NCBI GenBank assembly: GCA_051294375.1
Contig: CM119268.1
Span: forward strand, 795,218 to 859,217
Length of the DNA stretch: 64,000 bases
Direction: 5' to 3'
Origin: Paraspadella gotoi
Lineage: Eukaryota; Animalia; Chaetognatha
The position numbers and the translations under genes were made by a program. The notes beneath the pieces were generated by a model. It was given only the letters and a program-made list of their open reading frames with translations. It did no database searches and had not been told where the DNA came from. Below are positions 49,201 through 63,300 of the stretch, piece by piece (the first letter of the stretch is position 1; every line of letters begins with the position of its first letter).

Positions 49201-50534
49201 GAGCGGCGGAGGGGGGGGGGTTAAGAAGAGGCCAGACACTTTAAAACAAAGAGAGAAACAAAGGAACAAAAATTCGATTCTTCGCTTAATTAAAAATCCG
49301 TCATCCATTTCTGTACTTCATTTCCCCTCAATCTCATCTACGTCTCTACGCCTCTTCTGACTGTGCGGGGTGAACTCGGTGTTCAATGTACATGGCCTAC
49401 TGTGCGCAGTGTGAATGCTTAGACCTGAGAGACGATTAAAATGGAGATTCGTTGAAATGATTTGACGCTCGAGTCACATTTTTTTCCCAGTATTCCTTTT
49501 CGTTCAAAGCGAATTAATTATGTTGTTGAAAAATTTTGAGACGGTTGTTCCATCCATTTCAATATCATAACGATATCATCATGATATCGTAACAAATCCT
49601 TTATATATTTCGTCTCTTCCTCTCTCATCATTCATCAATTCAAAATCATAACGTTTTGCCGAATTGTGATTGTTCGTAAAACGAAATCCGAATTTTTTTT
49701 TTCTCCATCATCAAGCTTGTCACATAAATATTGTCATTATAACTTCAATTTAGTTCGTTTTGTAATTCCTCAATACATTGTACGCTAAGCAAACTGGATT
49801 TACCTTGTATACAAGTTTCCCTCATTATAACTCTTCAAAAGTTATACGGTATACTGCAATTTTTTCTGTATGTTGCCAAAGTTGTTAGATTTAAAAAATC
49901 CTTTCTGAGCGATAACATGCTCAGTGCTCTATCCAAAATCTACATATATATAGCTAAGCTATCTAGCAAAGACTGAGAAAAGGAGTTTATTCAATGAGAA
50001 AGAATGAGTTTTAAAAAATTTGGGTTAATTTTATATGACCACTTTACCAGAGAATAATTCACTTTCGCAGCTGTCTCTTTTTACAAATTATTATGAAGTT
50101 TCTCACGCCGACCCCACTTTTTGCGCCGACCTTAGACGACAGCTCTTGTGCTGCCTCCGACCTCATCACTCGCGCCGACTCCGACCTCACCTCTCTTACA
50201 GCTTCCGATCTCACTTCTCTTTTAGTTTCCGATCCATCACTCGCAACGCCTCCGACCTTCTCACTTGCGACGCCTCCGACCCTACCTGCGACGCCTCCGA
50301 CCTCTCCACTCGCGCCGACTCCGACCTCACCTCTCTCACAGCTTCCGATTTCACCTTCCGCTCTCGCTTTGACGCCAATTCTGTCTGCAACGGTCATTGA
50401 CTCCGCTCCTTCGTCGAGTCTGATGGGAAAGGTCAACTTCTTACCTGCCTTAATGTTTCCTCTCATCTTTCCCGCCCCACTTTCTCTTTCTCCCTTTCCC
50501 CTTATATCTCCTTATATTCCTTTTTCGATGCCAA

Positions 50535-50625
50535 GGACCAATCGTATTCGCTCCTTAGCGCCCGGATAGTTTCACTCTCCGCCAATCAGATTCTCGGCTA
50601 AGACAGCCACGCCTCCCTTGAGCAG
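50535..50625 (+). promoter_or_regulatory. Putative NOVA proximal promoter (two CCAAT boxes)
   Basis: GACCAATCG (~50537) and GCCAATCAG (50581) lie upstream of a CT-rich 5' UTR and the ATG at 50922. Confidence 0.4.
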
Positions 50626-50781
50626 AAGCTCTCTCTACTCTTCTCTTCCCTCTTCCATTGGTTTATAACGGGAGATTTCCTCTTCCCTTTTATTCCCGGT
50701 TTCATTTCTCTTCCTCTTCAAGTCTTCCTCTTCATCCCCTAATAGGAATTCACGGTCTTCCCTTCCCCCCGGGACATTTTC

Positions 50782-50877
<96 letters not shown>

Positions 50878-50921
50878 CACCGGAGAATGGATGTCTGGTA
50901 CGAATTCCTCTCCCAAGAAAC

Positions 50922-53900
50922 ATGGCTACCATGACTGTTACTGAGATGGATAGCAGTCCCACTGGTAAGTTTTCTTGATTTGTTGCGGGTAAGATTTGTC
51001 CTATTCGATCGGATTAGTCGGCAGCAACCTTTTGATTGGATATGTTCTTGATTTTGCCAAGCAGGTTTTTTTAGGCCCGTGATTGCAATGTGATTGCAAT
51101 GTGATTGCAATGACGTCGTTGTTAAAAAACTTTCAGGAGAAACCAAATTGCGTATTGTGATTTGGTGAAAATGTGACTCGTTGGCACAGTAATATATTTT
51201 AAATAATGCTTGATCAATGATCATAGTCATAGCTAAATGGATGTTTTTGATAATGATAATATGTTATTACTATTATTTATTGATATTCTTATCCCTTTCT
51301 TCAGCCTACGACGCGAACGGTTGCGACTCACGAAAACGCCCACTCGAACCAGAAGCCGAAGACTGCGACAACAAAAGAAGTCATCCCGGGCAAGGTCAGT
51401 GTGCCAGTCTAAGTCTCTCTCGATCTGTCCATCCGTCAATAGTACCGTCGTCGTATTTATTGCTTACGACTACGGACGGAAAAATAAGGAAAAATAACTC
51501 GGTATTACTATTGGAATCATATGACCAGCTTCGTGTTTTAATTGTATGAGAGAAAGCTGGTTCAGTTCGTCCAAAGTTCGGATTTTCAATATTTATGAAT
51601 TTCATTAAAATTATCGGAATTATAATATTTTGAATATTTGAATATTTTGAATCCTTATCCTGATTATCTATTTCTCTTCCAAAAATTTGATTCACTGGGT
51701 CGTTTATATATTCGTAGATTGTTAGAAAATTTAATTTTTTTAATACAGTTGTCCTTCCAAGTCAGTAAAATTCACCTATAAAATGTAGTGCGTTTATAAC
51801 AAAAATTAAATAAATTCAAGAATCAAGCAATGAAAATCTACGTTTATCAACAAAAAATAGGCTTATCATTACATTCAGCTTATCAGAAATCAAAAATAAC
51901 TAAACAAAATTAATTAATAGTTTGCTTCAGGTTAATCGTCATTTTTGTGATTTTAATTCTTTTTTTAACGTCCCCCCCTTACGAATTTTTAAAAACTTTT
52001 GTATTTTTATTAGTTATAATTCAACGCGTCACATGTATACGCTCTCTTGCGTCTCGACCGTTTCTTCGGTGTGCAAAATGAATATTTTTGAATATTTATC
52101 TTCAGAATTAGAATAAAATATTGTCACTGCTCGCCCGAAAGATGAGGCCCGTCATTTAGAATTTCTTCATCTAAAGAGATCTGCAATTGTTCATTATGTA
52201 TTTTGGGTTAATTTTACTTTCGCCGACCGGGGTTAGGGGGGGTTTAGGGTTAAGAGGGTTTAGGGTTATGGTAATTAGGTAGACATGTACAATAATCAAA
52301 TAAAAATTGCTATTACAACGAATTTTTCGTTTCATCTCTAAGGTAATTAGGTAATAATTTTTTTAAAATTATCTGAAAATAATCTGTATTGAACTCTGGT
52401 TTATCTTCTTTGCAAGTGTAGTATCCTTTGACCCTTTCTTTATATACAGTCCTGTGCAAAAAAAAGAGGACACTCTTCAAACATTAAGTAGCACTCGTTT
52501 TACGCACATATAAAAAAATATGAATGATAAATATAGATTTTAAAATGGAATATCTCTATGGGTAAGTTAAAAGAAAATTTGTTTAAGCATTCAAAAGGTA
52601 TAGCTAGCGGTAGCCGACCAAATTCAAATTATAATGGGAACAGCATTAAACTAATCCATTATTGGTATTAATTATTGTGTTAAAATATTTTTTTGCAAAA
52701 ATGTTCCAAACCATGAGTAATTCGCTAATTAATATTATTATATTGCTATATAATGTTAAATTTTTTTTTTTGATAATTTAAGTTTTTTTAATTGATTCTG
52801 ATAGAGCTTAAAAAGTTAAGCAAAAAATATAATTACACTTTTTAAAATTTGATGTTTTATTACTAAAAATTAGTAAAAAACTGCTAAAATCATTGGATGA
52901 TGATGATGATTTTTTAAGGTTTTCTCAATTTTAACCCACTTATCATCAAAATATTTGAAAAAAAGAATTATACTTTGTGTAGATAACTTTTCATAAGCTA
53001 TTTGAATCCGCTTTTAAAAATAAAAAATTCAAAAAAAATTTTTTTGACATTTTATCTATAAATAATATTAAAAATTAATTACTAATGCTTCTAGCCATTT
53101 TAGAAAATTTTGCTCCATTGAAAGTTTTCTGAGAAATGTATGAAGTTTCATTTGGAAAGGTTCCCAAATCAAACTTCTGACCCACCCCATTGACGAAGTT
53201 GGCTCTGTATAGCTCCTGAAAGACAAGTGGTCAAAAAAAATTTGTTATGTTGCTTCAAAAAAACATTTTAAAAGATCTGCCAAAAACCGAAGCTATTTTT
53301 TAGCCTTAATTTATGGGCATTTTATTTGTTTTTTTAAAAAATTATGAATGGGAAATTGAAAAAAATCGGTCCAGCATTTTAAATACAAAAGGTTAAAAAT
53401 ATTTGAATTTTTTTGGGTTGTAACATACTGTTTGAGTACTTAATAGTTGTAACTGATGGATAGCCATGGATTAACCTAATTTATACCAATATTCCTTTTT
53501 CTATAAATATTATTCGTTTATATCTTTTATTTTAAAAGAATCTAACTTGATTTATTTTCAATATTTTATGAATTTCATAAAAAATAATCGGAATTAATAA
53601 ATTTGGAATATTTGAATATTTTGAATCCTTATCCTGATTATCTATTTCTCTTCCAAAAATTTAATTCACTGGGTCGTTTATATATTCGTAGATTGTTAGA
53701 AAATTAATTTTTTTTTAATACAGTTGTCCTTCCAAGTCAGTAAAATTCACCTATAAAATGTAATAAATTCAAATAAATTCAAGAATCAAGCAATGAAAAT
53801 CTACGTTTATCAACAAAAAATAGGCTTATCATTACATTCAGCTTATCAGAAATCAAAAATAAAACTAAACAAAATTAATTAATAGTTTTGCTTCAGGTTA

Positions 53901-56900
53901 ATCGTCATTTTTTGTGATTTTAATTCTTTTTTTAACGTCCCCCCTTACGAATTTTTAAAAACTTTTGTATTTTTATTAGTTATAATTCAACGCGTCACAT
54001 GTATACGCTCTCTCTTGCGTCTCGACGCGTTTCTTCGTGTTGCAAAATGAATATTTTTGAATATTTATCTTCAGAATTAGAATAAAATATTGTCACTGCT
54101 CGCCCGAAAGATGAGGCCCGTCATTTAGAATTTCTTCATCTAAAGAGATCTGCAATTGTTCATTATGTATTTTGGGTTAATTTTACTTTCGCCGACCGGG
54201 TTTAGGGGGGGTTTAGGGTTAAGAGGTTTAGGGTTATGGTAATTAGGTAGACATGTACAATAATCAAAAAAAAATTGCTATTACAACGAATTTTTCGTTT
54301 CATCTCTAAGGTAATTAGGTAATAATTTTTTTTAAATTATCTGAAAATAATCTGAATTGAACTCTGGTTTATCTTCTTTGCAAGTGTAGTATCCTTTGAC
54401 CCTTTCTTTATATACAGTCCTGTGCAAAAAAAAGAGGACACTCTTCAAACATTAAGTAGCACTCGTTTTACGCACATATAAAAAATATGAATGATAAATA
54501 TAGATTTTAAAATGGAATATCTCTATGGGTAAGTTAAAAAAAATTTGTTTAAGCATTCAAAAGGTATAGCTAGCGGTAGCGACCAAATTCAAATTATAAT
54601 GGGAACAGCATTAAACTAATCCATTATTGGTAATTAATTATTGTGTTAAAATATTTTTTTTGCAAAAATGTTCCAAACCATGAGTAATTCGCCTAATTAA
54701 TATTATTATATTGCTATATTAAATGTTAAATTTTTTTTTTGATAATTTAAGTTTTTTAATTGATTCTGATAGAGCTTAAAAAGTTAAGCAAAAAATATAA
54801 TTACAGCTTTTTAAAATTTTGATGTTTTATTACTAAAAATTAGTAAAAACTGCTAAAATCATTCGGATGATGATGATGATTTTTTAAGGTTTTCTCAATT
54901 TTAACCCACTTATCATACAAAATATTGAAAAAAGAATTATACTTTGTGTAGATAACTTTTCATAAGCTATTTGAATCCGCTTTTAAAAATAAAAAATTCA
55001 AAAAAAATTTTTTTTTGACATTTCTTATCTATAAATAAATATTAAAAATTAATTACTAATGCTTCTAGCCATTTTTAGAAAATTTTGCTCCATTGAAAGT
55101 TTTTTAGAAATTATGAAGTTTCATTTGGAAAGTTCCCAAATCAAACTTCTGACCCACCCCATTGACGAAGTTTGGCTCTAGTATAGCTCCTGAAAAAAAG
55201 TGGTCAAAAAAAATTTGTTATGTTGCTTCAAAAAAAAACATTTTAAAAGATCTGCCAAAAACCGAAGCTATTTTTTAGCCTTAATTTATGGGCATTTTAT
55301 TTGTTTTTTTAAAAAATTATGAATGGGAAATTGAAAAAAAATCGGTCCAGCATTTTAAATACAAAAGGTTAAAAATATTTGAATTTTTTTTGGTTGTAAC
55401 ATACTGTTTGAGTACTTAATATGTTGTAACTGATGGATAGCCATGGATTAACCTAATTTTATACCAATATTCCTTTTTCTATAAATATTATTCGTTTATA
55501 TCTTTATTTTAAAAGAATCTAACTTGATTTATTTTCATAATGTTTTTAGGTATCCTCTTTATTTTGCACAGGACTGTACACTAGGCCGGAACAGGTTGAA
55601 AACTAGAAGTTCTCTCAAATAAATAATGGTTCAGTGACTGTTAGAGAATATGAAAATAAAAATAATTTTTAAAATTTAAAATTTTTGCTGTTGTGTTTGG
55701 AAGTCGGGGCTCACCAATGAAGAGACAGTAATTATTGTTATGTTGTTAGTGATAGAACCGTTCAATTATAAGCAGTCCCTGAGCTTCGGATCAGGCTGTA
55801 ACACCATGTTACAGGCGGGTTAAGCGCCCCGTCCCTCTTAACTGCCAGACGACCACGGGCTAAACCCTGGACCTTTGGGTTGGGAGGCAAATGATTGCCT
55901 CCGCACCAATGGCCACTGATGAACTGTTGGTGGATTTTAGTCCCATAATCCTTCTTAAAAATAAAATTTAAAAAAAATATTTTATGATTTGTTATTATTA
56001 ATAAATATTTAAAAGCTTCAGTGCAACCACCCAATGAACTAATTCAAAAAGTTGCACTGAAAATCGATTTAGTAATAGAATTAAAAAATTAATTTTTTTA
56101 GAGAACTAGAAGTTATAAAAGTGTTCAATTTTGACCCGCCTTACTGTACACATGACTTTTTTAAGCAACAAATCTCTTAATATTCTATCTCTCTCTCACT
56201 CGCTCAATAATTTCGCCCACTTTTTTTCTCTGTATCGACGCATATTTCAACTGACTGTCGCAACGATTCGAATGTTACAATTAGTTCTTCGTCCGTCACA
56301 ATGTTTTTAGCTATTGTAGCAGTTNNNNNNNNNNNNNNNNNNNNNNNNNAAATTGTTTTGACCATTTCTGTAGTACAATACGTTTCTTTCCTTCTAAGGG
56401 CATGAATTTGATGCTAACAATTGATTTCTCATCGTTTGTGTCAATCTGTCTGTCCGTCCGTCTTGTCTTAGTGAAGACACTGACATCCTTTCTCTTTTTC
56501 GCTGCCTCGACGCAAAATGTTGTCAGATGTTAGATCCTCAATTTTGGATGTTGGATTCTGAAATTTGTATGTCGGATTCTGAATTTTGGATGTTGAATAC
56601 TGCATTTTGGATGTTAAATCCTTAATATTGGAGCTTGTATCTTGCATTTTGTAGCTGAATTCTAGATCCTGAAACATCGATGCTGAAAAATGGAGGTTGG
56701 GTTCTGAATCTTGGATTCTCAAACATGAATCCTGAATCAGGGATGTTGGAGCTTGGATGTCATGTCCTGAAACTTTGATCATGAATATTGAAGGTTGAAT
56801 TTTTGATTTTGGATCCTGAATCTTGATTTTCCGCCATGTGTTGGAAAGGACAGGCACTTTCCATCCTTCAATTTTGGAAGCTAATTCATCTTTGACCTTC

Positions 56901-57356
56901 TCTGCCTCTTTTTTACAACAAAAATAACAGTTTGCGTGATTTTGGGACGAAGAAGAAGAAAACCTTTTTTTCTTTTTTTCCTTTCTTTTCTTTTTCATAC
57001 TTTTCTCGCCCGGTCTTTTTATTTTTAGGTTAATATTTCGACTTCCTCTTCCTCTCTATCCGCCTAGGTTTCGAGAGTCCTCCTCTCTAATCTGTCTTCT
57101 CTTTCGTAGAATGGAGCGTGTTGCGGCTCTCTCTCTCTCTCGCAAAAAAAAAAAAATAGAAAAGTTGAGAATCCTTGTTTCTGACGTCATCGATCCTGCG
57201 GTCGACCCGCCCGGCGACCAATCAGAACCCCGCGATTCTCCGTCGGCCAATCCGCGTCGTCGAGATTCGGAATTTTTCGTCGTCCCTGGTGCGGGGGACG
57301 ACGTCACGGCACGGAGTTCTTTAATACTTCGACGTGCAACAAACAGCAGTGGGAAA

Positions 57357-57389
<33 letters not shown>

Positions 57390-60300
57390 TCTGGAGGCGA
57401 ACAACTGGGCGGAGAGAGAGAGTAGAGGATAAGGAGGAAGAGGAGGTGGCCCTCTCTTCTCCCAGATTGAGAGAGAGAGGACCCAGCTGAAAATTTCCGT
57501 CTTCTTCAGAAATATGTGTGTCGGTCGAAGTGTGCGGCGAACTGTGCTGTTGCCGGGATCTTGTCCAACGGTCACGTTTCTTTTTTTTTCGTCCCTAAAT
57601 CGGATCCAATTTATTGTTGTTGTTTTCGTCGTATTTTTTTTATTTTCGCCGAAAACTTTTCTGTGACCCAAAAGGAATTTTGAGATTTGAAAAATAAAAA
57701 TATCGAATTAACGCCCCTGCGCTTTTTTTATTCTGTGGTCGGCGAAATGAGGCGGCCCCGAAAAGATTAGAGGGGGGCCAGTGAGAGTGAGAGAGAGAGA
57801 CCGCGCCTTTGCTCGCCTTTGGTCGCGCGACTCTCTGGCTCACATCTAAAAATCATAAAATTGATAAATTTTCACTACGTTATCCTACTAGAAAGAAAGA
57901 TTTTACGTCTTACCTTCACTTAATGTGATCGTAATTATTTAATATTCATCTTTTTCCTTAAAAAAAAAGAGATAGCCGGTTAAAATGTTATCCAAGTTTT
58001 AATACAAGTTCCTGGTTCAACCACGTCAAATTTATTCCCCCTAAAATCCTATTTTCTGTAAATCTGGAATATTCTTCTCTAATCCTTCTTCTTTAATCCT
58101 TATTCTTCTCTAATCCTTACTCTCCTTTAATCCTTATTCTTCTCTAATCCTTACTCTCCTTTAATCCTTACTCTCCTTTAATCCTTATTCTCCTTTAATC
58201 CTTATTCGTCTTTAATCCTTATTCGTCTTTAATCCTTATTCCTTTAATCCTTATTCTTCTCTAATCCTTATTCTTCTCTAATCCTTATTCTTCTCTAATC
58301 CTTATTCTTCTCTAATCCTTATTCTTCTCTAATCCTTATTCTTCTCTAATCCTATTCTTCTCTAATCCTATTCTCTCTAATCCTTATTCTTCTCTAATCC
58401 TTATTCTTCTCTAATCCTTATTCTTCTCTAATCCTTATTCTTCTCTAATCCTTATTCTTCTCTAATCCTTATTCTTCTCTAATCCTTATTCCCCCCCCCA
58501 AAAAAAAAAGAAACGTCCTTACGCGTCCGTCTGTCCGTAATTTGTACGTGAGAAATTCTAAGTTTTGTGCCCGAATTCTAATGGCAGATATTCATTCGCC
58601 GCCGCCGACGACGACGACGTCGACGTCGACCCTCATGATCATCCATCGTCATTCGATCACAATCTGCCTCCGCTCGCCGCCGCCGCCTTCTCGTTTTTTA
58701 AAAGAGACTTCACTTATTTGAAAGTAATAACCTCATTTAAAACAAAATATAAACTTGATAATGAAAGAAACGAAAACGTCTGATTAGAAAGTTAAAACAA
58801 AGAAAAACTTGTTCTTCTCCTTCTCTCTGTTAGTAAATAGTCAAAAAAAGTCATCCCCGGATTAATAGATTTTAATCTTGTTCATCTATAAATTTAAAAC
58901 AAACATTTTTTTTTATGTTGGAGCACATTTTTCTGGCGCCTTTCATCGGAAGACCTCTATATCGCTTTTAATCGCCGGCGCGTCCGAGTTTCTCTCTCTC
59001 TGTATCTGTGACTCTCTCACACACACACACGCTTACATTCTCTTTTTTCTGCCTGTGTGGTCGTTCTTGACAAGAAAGAAAGAAAGCCCCTCCCGAATTT
59101 CTTTCTCTATCATTAAAATCCCGACCGACAAAAAAAAGCAACTGGAACTCGTTTTCTATTCCCGAATGTAATAGAAAAGCGCGCAAACTCGTTCACCGGT
59201 TCCGGATGTAAGCGGAGATAATGCAACGCCATCTCGACGATGAATTCTCGTCGCCGTTCGATGGTAAAAAGGGAAAAGGGAACTCTGTTGGCAAAACTGG
59301 TTTATTTGTCCAAAAGTTTGGAGTCGTGATTTGGTCCGAGTGATAGTTTTGGAATTGTGGGAACTTTAACTTATATAGTTATACTTAGCGAAGAAACATT
59401 TATCCGAATTCTATTATGAATTTACAAAATGGATTTTATAATAAGACTGCTAACTTATGTAATCTTTTTAGCCTATATTTTGTATAACTTTTTTTTAACT
59501 TTTTACCGTACAATTTTAATAAATTTCTTTTAATATGATGTATTTACTGAACCCGAATAAATAGGTTACTGTTGTCGTATATTTTCCTTATTTTTTTTAA
59601 CTTGTCTAGTATTGAAAATAAAAAAGTGTCACTAAAACTATTAGATCAATCTTCTGTCTCATGACCATCGAAATACCTATGGTCCAAATATACTAGTTTT
59701 ATTGTTGTGCGTCTGAAACAGAACAAATTTTCGAAGGCGACCAAAAGGAGAAAAAAATTTTTTAACCCCTTCTCCCTCCCACACCCTAGATTATTATGGC
59801 CTTATGTGACAGATGAGCAAACTTTGATGTAGCAAACATTTTTTGCACTTGGATGTTATAAAACGTAAATACGTAGGAGTGACATAAACTATGTTCCAAT
59901 ATATTGGAATATGGTTTGTGTAAGAGCGGGGATCTCTTCCTCTCCTGATCAAGTAAATTTTAATTGCAACTAAACATTGCATTGCGTCGATAATTTGCAT
60001 TTCCTGCAGAATGACTCAATCCGTGACCCAATGTTGTCCTTCCGCTGTCAACCATCGCGTCGCTTCAGCAAAGGAACTCGTTCAGCGACACTGCTACCTT
60101 CTTTTTGCTCTGCACAGCAGCAACTGCACAACTTACCTCTTTGAGCAATCTTTTATGGGAAGTTAAAACTACATTTTTCATAAAGAAATGCTATATTTAA
60201 TAATGAAAACTGTCTAAATCACCTAGCTGTAGATTTTTAAAGATTAAGAGTATTTTTAAAATACAAATAATTCCTACTAAAAAAAAATATTACTTGAAAT

Positions 60301-63300
60301 GTGGTTTTCACCATTTCCAATAGGTTGTTCTAGTAGTTTGACTGTGATCTTTCAATTCTTCAACCAACAACCTGGCTCATATGGCTATGGGATTTTATGA
60401 TGCAAGAGGTTAGTCGAGAAAGAAGAAATGAACATTCGCCATCTCATCTATTATCCATTGTTCATTTTCATTCTTTCCAACTTATTCTTTGACCGTTCGG
60501 GCCACACAGTCTGACGAAACGCTCATTGTTATCCTTACTATTCATTGATAATCCGGTTTATTTTTATATTTGAATATCTTGCATGCCATCTAGATGTGAA
60601 TTTTCATATTTATGTCGCTGCTCATCTGCCACATAGCCATTTCATCTAAATTTCGTTCATGACATTGTCAGGTCGTTCTTAGTAATAGTTTGTATCGTCG
60701 AGCTATTGTAAACTTCATTACTTTCCAGACCAGATCTGATTAAAGGACTATCTTTAGCTTTTGAACATTTGTGTAATTTACATCGTGGCTCAGTCGAGTT
60801 GAAAAAAGTTATAATTTTTTTGGGGGGCAATTTGTTTTCAATTAGAGCGATAAGAGATAGCATTTTGATTTTTGATTTATACATTATTTTTTGTTTTTAT
60901 CGCTTTTCTGAGCCGTGATGTTCACTACAGTACTTTACAAAGAAGTTATCATTTCATTGTACATAAGAAATCTATTCGTTTCCATTTTCATTATCGCCGA
61001 ATATTTTTTGTTTTCAATTCTTAGAAATCCAAGGGACCCTACTCCAGCCCCCCCCCCGCTCCCCTCCATCGCCTCACATTGCTCCACTCATCATCTTCCC
61101 CCCCGTCTCTTTCCTTCAGGAGACAATGTTCACTTCAAAATTCTCATCCCCAGCTTCGCTGCTGGGGCCATCATTGGCAAAGGTGGGGAAACGATTGCGC
61201 AGATACAGAAGGACACTGGAGCCAGGATAAAGATGTCCAAAGCCAGTGACTTCTATCCAGGCGAGTATTGCCGAGGACGGGACCCATTTCTCGTTCGGCC
61301 CTCAAGTAATCACCCGCTACAAACCTTCAATTTCCGTCCGTGTCTCTCTTCTCAGGAACGCAAGAGCGCGTCTGCCTCATCACCGGCACAGTGGACGGAA
61401 TCACGCAGGTTCACAATTTCATCATGGAGAAGATCCTGGAAAAGCCCGACCCTTCGGCGGCGCCGCCCCCGCTCCCGCCCGGCTCCAACTCCAAAGAGGG
61501 ACTCCCTTACGATCGACACAAACAGGTTTTTACTTTTTTCCCCCGTTTTTTTACCAATTACATAATTCGAAATCAATTGGGGGGGGAGGAATTACATTTT
61601 TCTTTTTTAAAATGAAAAGGCGAAAAAGAACCAAGCACATAAGCGTATGATAAAAACTTACTAGGTACTAGGTATTTAATCGAAAATTGCTAAGAAACTG
61701 CAAGGAAATTGTCAGTAAACTCCGAGGAAACTGCTTGTAAATTGCTAGGAAAGGGCAAAGAAACTTTAAAAAAATTGCAAGAAAATTGCAACAAATAAGC
61801 CTTAAAACGGCTATAAAATTACTAGGAAACTCTTAAACCGCTTAGAAACGAAACTGCTATGAAATATTAACCCCCCAAAAAATTTTCATTATTTAGGTGA
61901 AAATTTTGGTACCAAATACGACGGCGGGAATGATAATAGGCAAAGGAGGAAACTTCATCAAAACCATCAAAGACGACAGCGGCGCCTACATCCAGATCTC
62001 ACAAAAGTCCAAAGACCTCAGCCTTCAAGAGCGTTGCATCACCGTCGCCGGTGTGTTGGGTTGTCGGGGGAGTTGGGGGGTAGGGCACATAGGCCCGAAT
62101 GCAAGCCCCACCCTTTAAATTTTCCAAACTCTTCACCCGCCACGCATATCTAGTATGGGGGTGGTTCATCTGACATATTTGCCAATGCTCAATCGAAAGA
62201 ACAAAGCAACTCGGAGGCTGAGCTTATTGATAGTTTGGTTGCGAAAAAAAGAATTGTTTTATTTTTCCGAGCGAAAATAAAGAAAAATTAGCTTTGTTTC
62301 CCAATATAATTTTTTTTTCTTCTATCATAAACGGTTTTCGTGCTGTAAAATCCCTTGATGTTAGTCCCAAACGACCTGGACCTCCCTGTGAAGTCAAACA
62401 AATATTGATAATTTTGATAGAATAAAGCGATACCATAACCAGTTCCGTTCGTCGGCTTCTTTCAAACACCCTTTCACCCCCCTGCCCACCCCCCACCCCG
62501 TTCTCCAGGCGAAATGGATCAGACTCGTCACGCCGTCGCGATGATCGTGGAGAAGATCGTCGAGGATCCCCAGAGTTCCTCCTGCCCCAACATCTCCTAC
62601 GCGGACGCCACGGGGCCGATTCCCTCTGCTAATCCCACAGGTTTCTTCTCTTTCTCCCAGGCGCTCTCTTTTTGGCTCTTCGGCTTTCTCCGTTTTCTTG
62701 CCATTTCATCAATACTTTTTAATAAGTCTCATATTTTCCACTATCTCCAAGTTGGAGACTCTCGGCAACTCTTTTTCCAAAGCATGTCCTATTTTCCACA
62801 ACTTTTTTTTCCAGAACCTTTCCACACTTCTCTCACGCTTTCCTTCTCTGTCCCCCGGACTTTTCAACACTTGTCACACTTTTGCCCTAGGACCTTTAAA
62901 CACTCTTCTCGTACCATTCCCACTTGTTAATCTTTTTCCAGAACCTTTCCACACCTCTCTTACGCTTTCTTCAGAAACTTCTCTCTCTCTCTATCCCCCT
63001 GGAGCTTTAAAACACTTGACACACACTTTCCCGACTTGTCACACTCTTTCCTTACTTGTCACACCACCCGCTTTTCATCAAAACTAATCCCACTTTTTTA
63101 TAATCTCTTTCACCAAACTTCCTCCATACCATTCAAGGTTCTCCCTACGCGACGTTGCCCGCCTCTCGAAATCCATCCGCTGCTGGAATCCCCGACAACG
63201 CGGCAGCGGCGGCGGCGCTGTTTGGCAACAACAACAACCCGACGCTGGCCAGTCTGATGGGACTTTTTCAAGGGTGAGCGCTTTGAGGGAATGATAAGGT

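Noticed and set aside
52228-52272. Telomeric TTAGGG-like repeats (also ~31370 and ~16600)
   Set aside because: Only 2-4 degenerate units; too short to call an interstitial telomere.
56468-56998. 176-aa minus-strand ORF
   Set aside because: Arises from a degenerate ~7-bp repeat (KIQDP-like) in a NOVA intron; no domain evidence.
60500-60530. CTGACGAAAC as a hammerhead core
   Set aside because: The CUGANGA and GAAA boxes overlap, leaving no stem II.
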